From: an uncultured Candidatus Saccharibacteria bacterium
Lineage (GTDB): Bacteria > Patescibacteriota > WWE3 > UBA101185 > UBA10185
Length of the DNA: 64,000 bases
Assembly (NCBI GenBank): GCA_964385105.1
Contig: CAYLMU010000001.1
Span: 130,252-194,251, forward strand
Reading direction: 5' to 3'
Shown: positions 38,424-48,952 of the stretch, piece after piece
Numbering within the stretch: position 1 is the stretch's first letter
Layout of the letters: each line of letters begins with the position of its first letter
Made by a program: the position numbers and the translations under genes
Notes under the pieces: generated by a model
The model's database searches: none
What the model was told of the DNA's origin: nothing
Seen by the model: the letters and a program-made list of their open reading frames with translations, nothing else

Positions 38424-39863
38424 ATGTTTAATGTAACGCGGTTTAATGATTTTGAAAGTACAGAGGTGACACAACAACTATTTAACCGAGGCATCCGTTA
38501 TTTGATAGATCCGTCAAAAGGTAATTACTATCAAGATGTACCGTCATTCCCAAATATGCCAAGAGTTTATACCCCGAATTTCGTTGGTTACGATGGTCGT
38601 GTGCGTGCTACAACTATGCCTTTAAGCGGCATTGTTGAGTATGATCCGCTTTTGATTGACGAATTTAGTTTGGGATTACAGATGTATCTTAAGTTTGCAC
38701 ATGCATTTGTGAATACGGATGCAACTCGAAACCTGCTGCTCGCCAATTTATCCCGACCAACTGCTGAAAAGATTGAATTGTATTTACAAGAGCGTATTGA
38801 GTTGAAAAAGGGAACAGTAACACGTATTGATGCGGTTCCCGTGGGTCGTAGGCTTGCGTCTGTTGATACAAACTATCTTCCTCTTGGCTTGGCAAACCAG
38901 CTTGTTGCACAATCTGTTGTAAATGGTTGTTTAACTCACGGCGCCTGGATACATTTATCCGATCTTGCTGAGTTGGGTAATCACAGTGGTATTGTCACGC
39001 AGCTTACTTATCCGGGTTGGATGGCTCATGCAGTTATCGCGGATATGGTTAGTAAGTTTGGTGTAGATTTCTATGTAATTCCTTATGAGTTGCTTGAAGG
39101 TGACGGAAGTGTAGATGGAAAAAAGTTACAGTTGTTCTATGAACAGCTTTATTCAGTTCTTCCTATATCCACGCGAAAAATTCCTGACAAAAAGTTTACT
39201 CCACCCGGAATAGTTCGTTGTTGCCGGGAAAAACTCACTCAAAGTCCCACTACTCAAGTTGTAAACCCTTTTGGGCAGTACTCGCTAGACAGTCACATCT
39301 TAACAACAATGCCCTTTGTTCCGGGAATTGATGAGTTTATGAAAAATGTTGGTTTTGTTGGGAATTTTGATGTGGTCCGGGCTTCTCATATGCCTGGCAC
39401 CGTCGCAAGGCACACTGAAGGATTGGTGGAAATTGCCGTTGGTATAGAATACAGCGCCGGCGAAACCAAATTCATCTGGTCATCAGGAAATCAGGCGGTA
39501 AGTCTTTTGTTGCAAATTCAGCAACTTGCGGGAATAGACCCTGAGGCAAAAAACACTTGGTATGTAAAAAATGCCGGAAGTACTGGCAAAAAAGGTATTA
39601 TGAGTATTGGTAAAAGCCAATCTGCAGGGTTGCTTGAAAAAGCAAGCGGTAAAGTTGCTTCAATGTTTCCCGATGGTGAAATCTTCACGCTGCAGCCTCA
39701 CGTGCACTTCAAAGTTAGCACTGAACCAGAAGTTCGCCGGGGTAAATTTGAAGCTTACTTTACGGGGCCTGACATGTATCCGATTGGAAGCTTTCTTATG
39801 ACGACGCAACTTAACTCACTGTTTGTGCATGGAGGAAGTTCTACTGATTTGTACTTGGGCTAG
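38424..39863 (+). CDS. Putative ATP-grasp-fold ligase
   Basis: WYVKNAGSTGKKGI, TLQPHV and terminal VHGG motifs; AAGGAGA RBS. Confidence 0.55.
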   Translation: MFNVTRFNDFESTEVTQQLFNRGIRYLIDPSKGNYYQDVPSFPNMPRVYTPNFVGYDGRVRATTMPLSGIVEYDPLLIDEFSLGLQMYLKFAHAFVNTDATRNLLLANLSRPTAEKIELYLQERIELKKGTVTRIDAVPVGRRLASVDTNYLPLGLANQLVAQSVVNGCLTHGAWIHLSDLAELGNHSGIVTQLTYPGWMAHAVIADMVSKFGVDFYVIPYELLEGDGSVDGKKLQLFYEQLYSVLPISTRKIPDKKFTPPGIVRCCREKLTQSPTTQVVNPFGQYSLDSHILTTMPFVPGIDEFMKNVGFVGNFDVVRASHMPGTVARHTEGLVEIAVGIEYSAGETKFIWSSGNQAVSLLLQIQQLAGIDPEAKNTWYVKNAGSTGKKGIMSIGKSQSAGLLEKASGKVASMFPDGEIFTLQPHVHFKVSTEPEVRRGKFEAYFTGPDMYPIGSFLMTTQLNSLFVHGGSSTDLYLG

Positions 39864-39956
39864 ACTGTTATTCTTAGAACCGAGGTGTAGCTATGTGTTG
39901 AGTTAACACTCTTCACTGGTTACACCTCAGCCCGCATAGTAATATTATAAAAAAGT

Positions 39957-41078
39957 ATGATAAATATCAAAGAAGAGCTTAATGCTCTAGTCTCTATTCC
40001 CTCATACGGTGCTGGAGACTTAAAAAAAGAAAATAGAATATGCGAATACCTAAGTGTTTACATAAAAAACAATCTTTCGGATCTAACTATTAGATACAAT
40101 GAAACTAAAGATGGAATAAGAACGCTTGTAGCACTTGGTTCAGACAATCCTGAAATACTTCTTGCTTGTCATATGGATACGGTGCCTCCTTCAAACAGTT
40201 CGCAGCTTAGTCTTTCGGTGCAAGGAGATAAGGCTTTTGGTTTAGGGACAAAGGATATGAAAGGTGGTATTGTAGCAAGCTTGCTGGCTTTAGAAGGGTT
40301 GCAGGATCTAAAAAAAGCTGGACTTGTTTTTTACAGTGATGAGGAGTACGAGCAAAAAGGGATGTTATGTGCGGTTGAATTTCTTAAAGACGAGCTGAAA
40401 ATAAAGCCTAAATTAATAATTTCACCAGAATCACGGTTTAACATTGGGTATGGTGCCAGAGGCATAATTGTGTTGACCATGAAAGTAACAGGAAAAAAAG
40501 CGCACTCGGCCAGACCTCACCTAGGAATCGATGCAATTGACGCAACTTATAAAATACTTCAAAAGCTAAAGGATGAATTTTCTGAATATGAGTCCCAGCT
40601 TGGATACACCACTTTTACCTTATCTTTTATTTCGGGTGGGTCTTTGATGAATGATTCTACAGTAGAAGATTTGCCCGGGAGCATCCCGGATGTATGCTTA
40701 TCTACAATTTCGGTTAGAAATGCAAACAAAAAACTTAACTCGAAGAATCTAAGCTCATATATCATAAAAATAGCAAAAGAGCTAAATGTGGAAGTTGAAC
40801 TAAAAGTGCAAACTGACCATCCTGTAAGAGAAACAGACATTTTGCTGGTAAACAAACTGAGGGCAATTGCTAAACAAAAAGCAGGTTTTGATTTAGAACT
40901 TGGAGACCCAAAGCTTGCAGGCTACAACGACGCTGCAATATTGGCACAAGCCATGGATGTACCTGTTATAAATTTTGGGCCATATGGTGAAGATAATCAC
41001 ACTCAAAACGAATGGGTGAGTTTAAACAGTATCAAAGACACAGCCAATGTTTTGAGGTTGTGGATTGAAAATTTCTAA
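39957..41078 (+). CDS. M20 family metallopeptidase (ArgE/DapE-like)
   Basis: HMDTV, GTKDMKGG, DEE, HSARP and H..NEW motifs. Confidence 0.92.
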   Translation: MINIKEELNALVSIPSYGAGDLKKENRICEYLSVYIKNNLSDLTIRYNETKDGIRTLVALGSDNPEILLACHMDTVPPSNSSQLSLSVQGDKAFGLGTKDMKGGIVASLLALEGLQDLKKAGLVFYSDEEYEQKGMLCAVEFLKDELKIKPKLIISPESRFNIGYGARGIIVLTMKVTGKKAHSARPHLGIDAIDATYKILQKLKDEFSEYESQLGYTTFTLSFISGGSLMNDSTVEDLPGSIPDVCLSTISVRNANKKLNSKNLSSYIIKIAKELNVEVELKVQTDHPVRETDILLVNKLRAIAKQKAGFDLELGDPKLAGYNDAAILAQAMDVPVINFGPYGEDNHTQNEWVSLNSIKDTANVLRLWIENF

Positions 41079-41227
41079 ACCTAACCTTCACCTAAGCCAA
41101 GTCAACAATTGCTCTTTCTACAATTGGAAAGTTGGCTTGAGGAGTGTTTGAGAGGTTCATCATAGAAATTATTTCGGCTCTTATTAAACTCAGAATACAA
41201 TGATTTTTTAACTGGTAGAATTTAACT

Positions 41228-42037
41228 ATGTCAAAACAAATTCAATACTTACAATCCCTAAAGCTTGATACGGATTTAGACCAACACTTTCTTATATCAG
41301 AAAAAATAATAAAAGAAATTGTTGAACAAGCTAATCTAACAAACACTGATGTTGTGTTAGAAATAGGAGCCGGTATAGGAAATTTAACTAAATTTTTAGC
41401 AGCGGGTGCCGGCAGGGTAATAGCAGTTGAATATGACAAAAGATTTATGAGTCAATTAAATGAGCTTCCTCAAAATGTAAGTATAATTTTTGAGAGTGCA
41501 ACACAAATTCCTGTAGTTCGACAAGGAGGTAAGGTATGGAAAACAAAAGAGTACAACAAGATTATTTCAGCTCCGCCGTATTCTATTTTGGAATGGTGGC
41601 TACATAATATAACTTTTGTGAAATTTGATTTATCACTATTAGTTGTACCTGAGGGATTTTTTTATTCAGTAAGAGAGAATTGTGTATTTAGCTCTTTTTT
41701 TGAGCCCGAGATTGTATTTATGGTTCCAAAAGATGCATTTTACCCTAAGCCCAAAACAAACTCGGTGTTAATGAAACTTAATAGACTGCCAGATGCGATT
41801 GACACAAAAAATTTAAGTTTATTTCTAAGTCAATATCTTTACCAATGCGAAGATAGAAAAGTTAAAAATACCTTAAGGGAAGGCTTAATACAGTGGGAAA
41901 AGTCAGTCAATAACAAAGAATTATCCAAAAAAGAAGCCCACGGAATAATAGAAAAAAAGAATTTTACCAAATCACTATTAGAACAACCTCCGAATAACAA
42001 AACTATTTATTTAGAAGTGAAAGAAAAGTTTAAATAA
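41228..42037 (+). CDS. RsmA/KsgA/Erm-family rRNA adenine methyltransferase
   Basis: QHFL, VLEIGAGIGNLT, AVEYD, SAPPYSI and FYPKPKTNS motifs. Confidence 0.85.
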   Translation: MSKQIQYLQSLKLDTDLDQHFLISEKIIKEIVEQANLTNTDVVLEIGAGIGNLTKFLAAGAGRVIAVEYDKRFMSQLNELPQNVSIIFESATQIPVVRQGGKVWKTKEYNKIISAPPYSILEWWLHNITFVKFDLSLLVVPEGFFYSVRENCVFSSFFEPEIVFMVPKDAFYPKPKTNSVLMKLNRLPDAIDTKNLSLFLSQYLYQCEDRKVKNTLREGLIQWEKSVNNKELSKKEAHGIIEKKNFTKSLLEQPPNNKTIYLEVKEKFK

Positions 42038-42111
42038 TTCGTTGAGCATCAGTTAGTGCTATAATGCTCTAAATCAGCCCAAAGAAAAAATGGAAAAAAG
42101 GAGTAAGCGAG

Positions 42112-42801
42112 ATGTTGAAGCGTTCATACATGGTTGTGCTTGTTATTGTTGCTTTGTGTGCATTTAGTTTGATTTCGACGAGTCAAGTGCGGAGTACAGA
42201 GACCGAAGAAGAGGAATATGGAGTTATTGAGCTTTGGGCATGTCAAGATGATGATGAAAATCAAATGTGCTTGAGTTCAGATGATTCCTATATTGACGGT
42301 GTTTTAGGATGTTTAGTTTACCCGGATGGGAGTGAAAGCTGTCGTACAACCGAAGATGGTTTTTACTTCTGGGATGTACCGATTGATGCGGTTTACACAT
42401 TATATGTGAACGATTCACAATCTCCTCCGGGCATGTATTTGGATTCTGTGTTGTGCCATACTTACCCTGGAGAGGAGTATAATCTTTGTACATATCAACG
42501 TACAGTTGAGGGTTTACAAGCGGAAATAACCTTTGATGGTGTTGAGAATGGGATTCAGGTCAGCTTTGTGTTTAAGCCCATAGCAAATGCAACCCCAACT
42601 CCTATAATCACACCGACACCATCAGCGACGCTCAATTCCACGGCCAGTCCCACATCCACGGCAAGCGTCACCAACACACCAACAGCAACATCAACGCAAA
42701 TGCCCACAGCGACGCTCCCAGCAAGTACCGTAGCACCTTCACCTACGTCAACTTTGGAACATAGGCTGTTTAGGTATTTTTTACCAACCACGTTTCGTTA
42801 A
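42112..42801 (+). CDS. Secreted Cys-containing protein with a Thr/Pro-rich stalk
   Basis: Signal peptide, T/P/S linker, C-terminal FRYFLPTTFR; terminator at 42809-42837. Confidence 0.8.
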   Translation: MLKRSYMVVLVIVALCAFSLISTSQVRSTETEEEEYGVIELWACQDDDENQMCLSSDDSYIDGVLGCLVYPDGSESCRTTEDGFYFWDVPIDAVYTLYVNDSQSPPGMYLDSVLCHTYPGEEYNLCTYQRTVEGLQAEITFDGVENGIQVSFVFKPIANATPTPIITPTPSATLNSTASPTSTASVTNTPTATSTQMPTATLPASTVAPSPTSTLEHRLFRYFLPTTFR

Positions 42802-42891
42802 AGTATACGGGTGTTAGTTAAGACCTGGCTAACACCCATTTTGTTAAAATCAGCATATGAACCACGAAAAATCTCACTTAATCCCATAATT

Positions 42892-43455
42892 TCACAACCT
42901 CTTTAAACCTTTGTCGCTATAAATCATTATATTTTGCCCCTTAAAATCTAATTTATGCTGCTTAACGTTAAATCCTTTACTCACAGCATATTCAACAAGT
43001 GATTCAAGCCAGTCGACATTAGAAGTTTTTATAATAGGTTCATCTATAACACAACATGGTAGTAACAAGAAATCCTTTTTGTATTTTTCGCATGCGTTAA
43101 TTATTTGTATGTTGCTACCGTGTGCATGTAAACCAACTACTAAGTCAAAATTTTGTACCATTTCTTCTTTAAATGTTGAAATAATCCGTGGGATTTCCTT
43201 TTGTTCTACGTTAGAAAGTTTTACTTGCTTTCTTGTATTCAAATCACGATATTTCAATGGTCTAAAATTATTTTCAGGGTCAACGACTATGGCTTGCCAG
43301 CCCGACTGGTTTAATAGATAAGTGAGTAAGCCCTTTCCTCCACCAACATCCAAAACTTTAGATGGTATATAATTTTGTATTAACAACTCGGATAATAGTT
43401 GAAATCGGTATTTTTTGTTTTTTCTAGGTTTTCTTCGAATTGTATTTTGGCTCAT
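42892..43455 (-). CDS. SAM-dependent methyltransferase
   Basis: VLDVGGGKG, VGLHA and LPCC motifs. Confidence 0.8.
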   Translation of the reverse strand: MSQNTIRRKPRKNKKYRFQLLSELLIQNYIPSKVLDVGGGKGLLTYLLNQSGWQAIVVDPENNFRPLKYRDLNTRKQVKLSNVEQKEIPRIISTFKEEMVQNFDLVVGLHAHGSNIQIINACEKYKKDFLLLPCCVIDEPIIKTSNVDWLESLVEYAVSKGFNVKQHKLDFKGQNIMIYSDKGLKRL

Positions 43456-43487
43456 GACGCCTGTATTATACTTGGTATACTTTTCAT

Positions 43488-44084
43488 ATGGAATCACTCA
43501 ATGAATTAACAAATTTTTTATTTGAAGTGGGAACTTTAAGAAAGATTCCACGTGCTCATAGGCAAAATCTATTATCCGAAGACACTACCGATAATATTTC
43601 ATCGCATAAGTTTAGAGTGGCCTGGATTGGTTGGTTCTTGGCTAAACTTGAAAACGCCGATCCTTATAAGATAGTTATGATGTGTTTGTTACACGATCTT
43701 CCCGAAGCCAGAAGCAATGATCAAAACTGGATTCATAAGAATTACGTAAAAGTTTATGAAGATGAAATCATTGCAGACCAATTAAAAGGTATACCCGCAA
43801 GTGAAGAGCTTCAAGAAATATTTAGTGAGTACGAGAAGAGAGAAAGTTTAGAATCAGTACTTGCCAAAGACGCTGATATTTTGGATCAAATATTACTTCT
43901 AAAAGAACATGCACATACCGGGAATAAAGAAGCGGAACTCTGGCTTGAATTAGATGATTTTGAAAACAAAAGTCAGCAATATCTCAGCCTTAAAACAGAA
44001 ACGGCCAAACAACTTGCCAAAAAGATTGTAAAGGCTAAGGTTGGTGACTGGTGGAAATCAAACTGGTCAAAAAATCGAAGATAA
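43488..44084 (+). CDS. HD-domain hydrolase (YfbR-like)
   Basis: H..R, LLHDLPE and KDAD.LD motifs. Confidence 0.9.
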   Translation: MESLNELTNFLFEVGTLRKIPRAHRQNLLSEDTTDNISSHKFRVAWIGWFLAKLENADPYKIVMMCLLHDLPEARSNDQNWIHKNYVKVYEDEIIADQLKGIPASEELQEIFSEYEKRESLESVLAKDADILDQILLLKEHAHTGNKEAELWLELDDFENKSQQYLSLKTETAKQLAKKIVKAKVGDWWKSNWSKNRR

Positions 44085-44102
44085 AGATAGTAAATATAAT
44101 AC

Positions 44103-44684
44103 TCAGGTAGATTTTTTATCAAAAAGCAAAACGCCAAACACTGAACCCAAAAATCCACCCACAGTAGACATAGCCAAATCACCTATAGTATCGTTGTATG
44201 ATAAGTGTAGTCCGCTTACATACCCCATGCCATCAACCGAAACAACCCATTCAGCTACTTCCCAAATCACAATTAGTAAAGCTCCAAGACTTACTCCAAA
44301 TAAGACATTTTCTTTTTTTGACAAGCCAATCGAAGAGTTGATATTTTTTTGAAATCTAAATGCATGAAATGCCATAACCACAAAAACCCAGTTTACCGCA
44401 TGTATAACGTCATCAAATATAGTAATTCTGTCGAATAAGCCAAATAAATTACCTAGTGTATCAAGCAAAAAAGGAATTGTAATTAATGCATCAGTAGCAT
44501 GAGGATAAGTTTTCCAGTTTTTCACACGGCTCAATATAGGAAAAAGTACAATAATTCCCAAAAAAAACGGAGCTCTAAACTCCATGCCCTTACCCGATAA
44601 ATGATCAAAATCAAACAAAAAAACAATTATAAAACACACAAGTAAACCAAGTTTAAGAGCTATATTTAAATTTTTATAATTCAT
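44103..44684 (-). CDS. Membrane protein (DUF2238-like)
   Basis: FDD.IH, WEVAEW and DTIGDL motifs. Confidence 0.75.
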   Translation of the reverse strand: MNYKNLNIALKLGLLVCFIIVFLFDFDHLSGKGMEFRAPFFLGIIVLFPILSRVKNWKTYPHATDALITIPFLLDTLGNLFGLFDRITIFDDVIHAVNWVFVVMAFHAFRFQKNINSSIGLSKKENVLFGVSLGALLIVIWEVAEWVVSVDGMGYVSGLHLSYNDTIGDLAMSTVGGFLGSVFGVLLFDKKST

Positions 44685-44702
44685 AATTAAATAATACCGT
44701 AT

Positions 44703-46394
44703 TTATGGGTTATTACAGTAAACCCCCACGACCGGGTTTTTACCTAAAATACTATAAATCGGTGAAAAATACTCTTTTTTAATAAATATGTCATCACGAT
44801 GTTGTGAAACCGGTTCAACCCCCGGAACAGTAGTATTACCAAAAATCCTGGGATTTGTTATATATTTGTTTATCGTGCGGCTATTCTCAAATCTGTGTAA
44901 AACTTTGTATAAAAAGTTTCCCTCGCCTTCAACTATGTAGTGGTGTACAAAGCATTCGTACGCAAGAGCGCCTGGTACTTTTTCATCAATTTGGGACGGA
45001 TGATTAAATCTGTTTGTGTGCATAAATCTGGTGAAAGTACCGTCAACAAAAATATTGGTAACAAGATTTCTTTCTATTTGCATTTGTTTGGCTAACTCCC
45101 ACTTTATGTCGAGCTTGCGGTAATAGTCAGTTGTTAACAAAATAGTTATAACCGGCAAAATAATTAAACCACCAAAACCTATGTAGTATTGTTTTGCGGT
45201 TAGTTTGGGAGTCTTTATGCCCACAAATAAAATGCTAAGGGCAAAAAAGTTAATTAAATACCTGTCGTAAAATTCCGCAGTCGCTAATGCAACGGCAATT
45301 ACCATACCAAGCATTCCTAGTGAGCATAACAAAATTGTTAATGCCGGTCGGGTAGTATTTTTGAAAAGGGAAGACAGCATATGTAATAATCCAAAAGACA
45401 TCATGCTTGCATAAAAGCTTAAAAATAGTTTAAAGGGAATATTGTCAAAAATGTGAATATAATGAACAAAATTGCTTTTTCCGTATAATTCTTCAATATA
45501 AAAGACATTTCCTATTGGAAAAATATCGGCATTGTACACAGGTATAAATGAAATTAAAGCCCCGAGTAAAAGAATTAGCAGAGTTTTTTTGTTCAGGGTA
45601 GCCCAATGAGTAATTATGAATGGTGATAGAAAAAAGCCGGTATAAGTTAAAATGTAAGGGAAGAGCCGTATTGTGCTAATTACTCCGCTTCTATCTGAAT
45701 TCATGATTTTTTCTGGTAAAACCATATTGCCACTTTGAGGCCATGTTGAAGATATAATTATGGCAATTGCAAAAGGTGTAATTAACCTGATTAATGAGTT
45801 AAATTTAAGTGTTTTTGTGCCGTTTAAATAAAGTGCATTAAGGTATACGGGTAGAAGAACAAGTCCAAATTGTCTAATGAGTAAACTTGCACTACCCAAA
45901 ATTCCTGCGTATAGCAGTGTGTTGTGATTTTTTTGAAGCATAAATTTAATAAAAAAATATAAACTCCAAATACAAAAAGTTAAGAAGTAAATTTCGGTCA
46001 TAAAAGTTAGTGATGAGTTGTACAAAAGGGGGTTAAATGCTGTTGTTAACAACACAAGTGCCACAATACCATCGGTTTTATTTAGAGCTTTCAAAATTTT
46101 AAAAATTCCAAACAAAAAGCCTATAAAAAAGATAATGGTTAGAATTCTTAAATTTAAAAAACTTAAACCAAAAATTCTCGCCCATGCTGCACCTATAAGC
46201 CCTTGAAGTATAAATTCAGCATCAGTAAACGAACTTTTTTGATATATGCCATTTAAAAAAAATCTAGTGTTGAGAAAAAAATCCCAGTCATCGTTTATTG
46301 AATATTCGCCAAATGGCCAAACAAATAAAAGTGACAGAAAGTAAAATCCTATAGTTACAATGAAAGGCCACGATTTAAAATGTTTTATGTTCAT
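44703..46394 (-). CDS. ArnT/PMT-like (GT-C) membrane glycosyltransferase
   Basis: NDDW, FMTE, RQFG and DRY motifs; many TM helices; start uncertain. Confidence 0.8.
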   Translation of the reverse strand: MNIKHFKSWPFIVTIGFYFLSLLFVWPFGEYSINDDWDFFLNTRFFLNGIYQKSSFTDAEFILQGLIGAAWARIFGLSFLNLRILTIIFFIGFLFGIFKILKALNKTDGIVALVLLTTAFNPLLYNSSLTFMTEIYFLTFCIWSLYFFIKFMLQKNHNTLLYAGILGSASLLIRQFGLVLLPVYLNALYLNGTKTLKFNSLIRLITPFAIAIIISSTWPQSGNMVLPEKIMNSDRSGVISTIRLFPYILTYTGFFLSPFIITHWATLNKKTLLILLLGALISFIPVYNADIFPIGNVFYIEELYGKSNFVHYIHIFDNIPFKLFLSFYASMMSFGLLHMLSSLFKNTTRPALTILLCSLGMLGMVIAVALATAEFYDRYLINFFALSILFVGIKTPKLTAKQYYIGFGGLIILPVITILLTTDYYRKLDIKWELAKQMQIERNLVTNIFVDGTFTRFMHTNRFNHPSQIDEKVPGALAYECFVHHYIVEGEGNFLYKVLHRFENSRTINKYITNPRIFGNTTVPGVEPVSQHRDDIFIKKEYFSPIYSILGKNPVVGVYCNNP

Positions 46395-46482
46395 GTGAGC
46401 TGTTTTATTATACAAAAATAGATTCATAGCCCACATATTTGGTATTATTTATTTAGTAAGTCAATAAATTTAAGGAGAATTA

Positions 46483-47262
46483 ATGGAAAATAAGAAAAAA
46501 ATTATTATTTTTGGAACTTTAGGTATTATTTCTATCATTGTTGCAGGTTTAATCTTTTTAAGAAATTCAAGCCAAAAAACTAGTCAAACAGATTTGGCGT
46601 CTAATGTCTCAGGTGTTACCGGGGTAAACGGAGTAGTGGTTAGAGAGCAATTTGCAGGTGATTTTGTGCTTATTGATGCAGTTAAACTGGCAGAAAGAGG
46701 TTTTGTTGCAATTCATTTGCAGGAAGATGGTGAACCTGGTGTTTTAATAGGAAGTAGTGAATTAGTTGTAACCGAAGCAACAGATATAAAAATTCCTTTA
46801 GGAAGGCCGGTTGTAGAGGGTGAAGTTATTTATGTCATGTTGTATACAGATGTAAACGATGACGGGGAATTATTATTTGATACTGATACTCCGGTTTTAG
46901 ACGAAGATGGTAATGTAATTTCTCATCAGATAGTAGTAGGTCCCGAGCAATCACTTGAAGGAAGCGCTGATGAAACAGAATCGGTGTTTGAATCAATTAT
47001 CAATGAGTCAAACGTAAATATTTCGTCAAGAGATTATTCATTTGAACCTGCTCAAATTAATGTGAGTGGGGGTACTATAACAGTAACCGTAACCGAAAAT
47101 ATGGGAGATCACACATTTGTTATTGATGAGCTTGGCGTTAACGAGGTGCTTGAGACAGGCAAAACATTTTCATTTGAAGCAGCTCCGGGAACTTACACCT
47201 TTTATTGCGGGGTAGGGAATCATAAGGCGCTTGGCATGGAAGGTACATTGGTTGTTGAATAA
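46483..47262 (+). CDS. Membrane-anchored protein with a C-terminal cupredoxin domain
   Basis: H...YC.VGNH...GM type-1 copper ligands. Confidence 0.85.
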   Translation: MENKKKIIIFGTLGIISIIVAGLIFLRNSSQKTSQTDLASNVSGVTGVNGVVVREQFAGDFVLIDAVKLAERGFVAIHLQEDGEPGVLIGSSELVVTEATDIKIPLGRPVVEGEVIYVMLYTDVNDDGELLFDTDTPVLDEDGNVISHQIVVGPEQSLEGSADETESVFESIINESNVNISSRDYSFEPAQINVSGGTITVTVTENMGDHTFVIDELGVNEVLETGKTFSFEAAPGTYTFYCGVGNHKALGMEGTLVVE

Positions 47263-47385
47263 AGAATTCATTGTTCTATCGAATTCTTAACATTGGCTTA
47301 ATAAACAAATAACAAAATAATCATAAAAGTAAACTATCACTTAGTTTACTAAAGGAGGTGTAGGAATATTTTAAAAACCTACGGA

Positions 47386-47574
47386 ATGACAAATCCCGTA
47401 CAACTTCAGGAATATCTATCGGGAATAGATTATCCAGCCAGCAAGGACATTATTTTACATAGAGCAACCGAAAATAATGCCACAGAAGATGTATTGAGTG
47501 TGCTGGGAAGAATTCCTGATAGTAAATACCAGACTCCTGCTGACTTAAGCCGTGCTTTAGGTGATGTTTTATAG
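47386..47574 (+). CDS. DUF2795 family protein
   Basis: LSGIDYPASK...A..N.A...L..IP...Y..PAD pattern. Confidence 0.85.
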   Translation: MTNPVQLQEYLSGIDYPASKDIILHRATENNATEDVLSVLGRIPDSKYQTPADLSRALGDVL

Positions 47575-48567
47575 AGTAGTTTTTTCTGAAATGATGTAGG
47601 CTTTTTTGCCGCTGCTTTCAAAGTAGATTCTCATAAGCAGTTCACCAAGTAATCCCACCATAATAAGTTGAACACCAAAAACCATTAAAATTAGTCCCCC
47701 GATAAATAAAGGTCTATCGCCAATAGAATGACCGAACCCGAATTTAAGAAAGGTTAGATAAGCTGTAGCTAATGCCCCCAAAAAAACCGAAACAATTCCT
47801 GCTGTTCCAAAGATTCTTCCGGGCATCATTGTAAATGGCTTTGTAGCAAAAGAGAGCATAAATTTCATTGAGAATAAATCAAGAAATACTGCAAATGTCC
47901 TGCGTATTGAGCCATAGGCTGAGCTTCCATAAGTTCTTTCCTGGTAATCAACGTCAAATTCAATATATTTTTTTGTATATAAGCTTGCATAGGCGGGTAA
48001 AAATCTGTGCATATCACCATAAATTCGTAAATTATCAATTATAAATCTTTTAAAGCCTTTTAGTCCCGAACCAGTATCTTTTACATCAACACCCGAAATT
48101 TGCCTTATCATCCAGTTTGCAATGTTTGAGGGGATTCTTCTTAAAGTCGACGAAAATCCGGATTCATTCCACCTGCCCGACCTGTTTGTATTAACCATAT
48201 CAAATCCGTCATCTAGTTTATCAACAACTTCCGAAATGTATCGTGGAGGAATTTCGAGGTCAGCAGAGTATGTAATTATATATTGGCCTTGAGTTTCATC
48301 AAATGCGGTTTGGTAAGCAGCACCCATTCCGTAATTTCTTGAATGGCGAAGCGCTTTTAACTTGGGATTTAGCTCGGCGGTTTTTACCAATGCTTGCCAG
48401 GTATTGTCTTTGGTGGATCCGTCATCAACCGCTATTACCTCATAGTCGTATTTTAATTGCTCCAGTACAGGAAATAGTTCCGTTATAAATCTTTCTATGT
48501 TTTTTTCTTCGTTGTAGCAGGGGATAACGAGCGAGACAAGTTTTTTACTTTTTTCTATTTCAGACAT
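47569..48567 (-). CDS. GT2 polyprenol-phosphate glycosyltransferase (ArnC-like)
   Basis: VIPCYNEE, VDDGS, RNYG and HRFLP motifs; two C-terminal TM helices. Confidence 0.92.
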   Translation of the reverse strand: MSEIEKSKKLVSLVIPCYNEEKNIERFITELFPVLEQLKYDYEVIAVDDGSTKDNTWQALVKTAELNPKLKALRHSRNYGMGAAYQTAFDETQGQYIITYSADLEIPPRYISEVVDKLDDGFDMVNTNRSGRWNESGFSSTLRRIPSNIANWMIRQISGVDVKDTGSGLKGFKRFIIDNLRIYGDMHRFLPAYASLYTKKYIEFDVDYQERTYGSSAYGSIRRTFAVFLDLFSMKFMLSFATKPFTMMPGRIFGTAGIVSVFLGALATAYLTFLKFGFGHSIGDRPLFIGGLILMVFGVQLIMVGLLGELLMRIYFESSGKKAYIISEKTTL

Positions 48568-48604
48568 GTGTTTTTGCCTTTCATACGCACTTAAATTATA
48601 TCAC

Positions 48605-48952
48605 TCAAGCCGTTTTTCGAGGAGTTATATTTGGTTCTTGGCCATATTGCGGCAGATATGGTTTTGTTGATGGTTTAATTCCAAGTGCCCAGTTTATTAC
48701 ATTTGCTATTGTAACCCCGGATTTTATTCCTGTAAATGATCCGGGACCGGTGTTGGGAATAACCCCGATAATTTGTTTAGAGGTTATTTTATGTATCGTG
48801 AGAATTCTTTGTAACTCCGATACCACATCTACATCACCATCAATTTCTTCAACTAGTTTTTCGTTATTATTGTTAACCTCAACCAATTTGATGTGCTTTT
48901 CATATCTTGTAGTGGTGTCAATGTAAATTTTGTATTTTAGCAATTCGCTCAT
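48605..48952 (-). CDS. tsaB: Short TsaB-like protein
   Basis: IDTT and GPGSFTGIK.G..IAN motifs; adjacent to tsaE. Confidence 0.8.
   Translation of the reverse strand: MSELLKYKIYIDTTTRYEKHIKLVEVNNNNEKLVEEIDGDVDVVSELQRILTIHKITSKQIIGVIPNTGPGSFTGIKSGVTIANVINWALGIKPSTKPYLPQYGQEPNITPRKTA

Noticed and set aside
42585-42750. Low-complexity AC-rich stretch as a DNA repeat
   Set aside because: Explained by the Thr/Pro/Ser linker coding sequence
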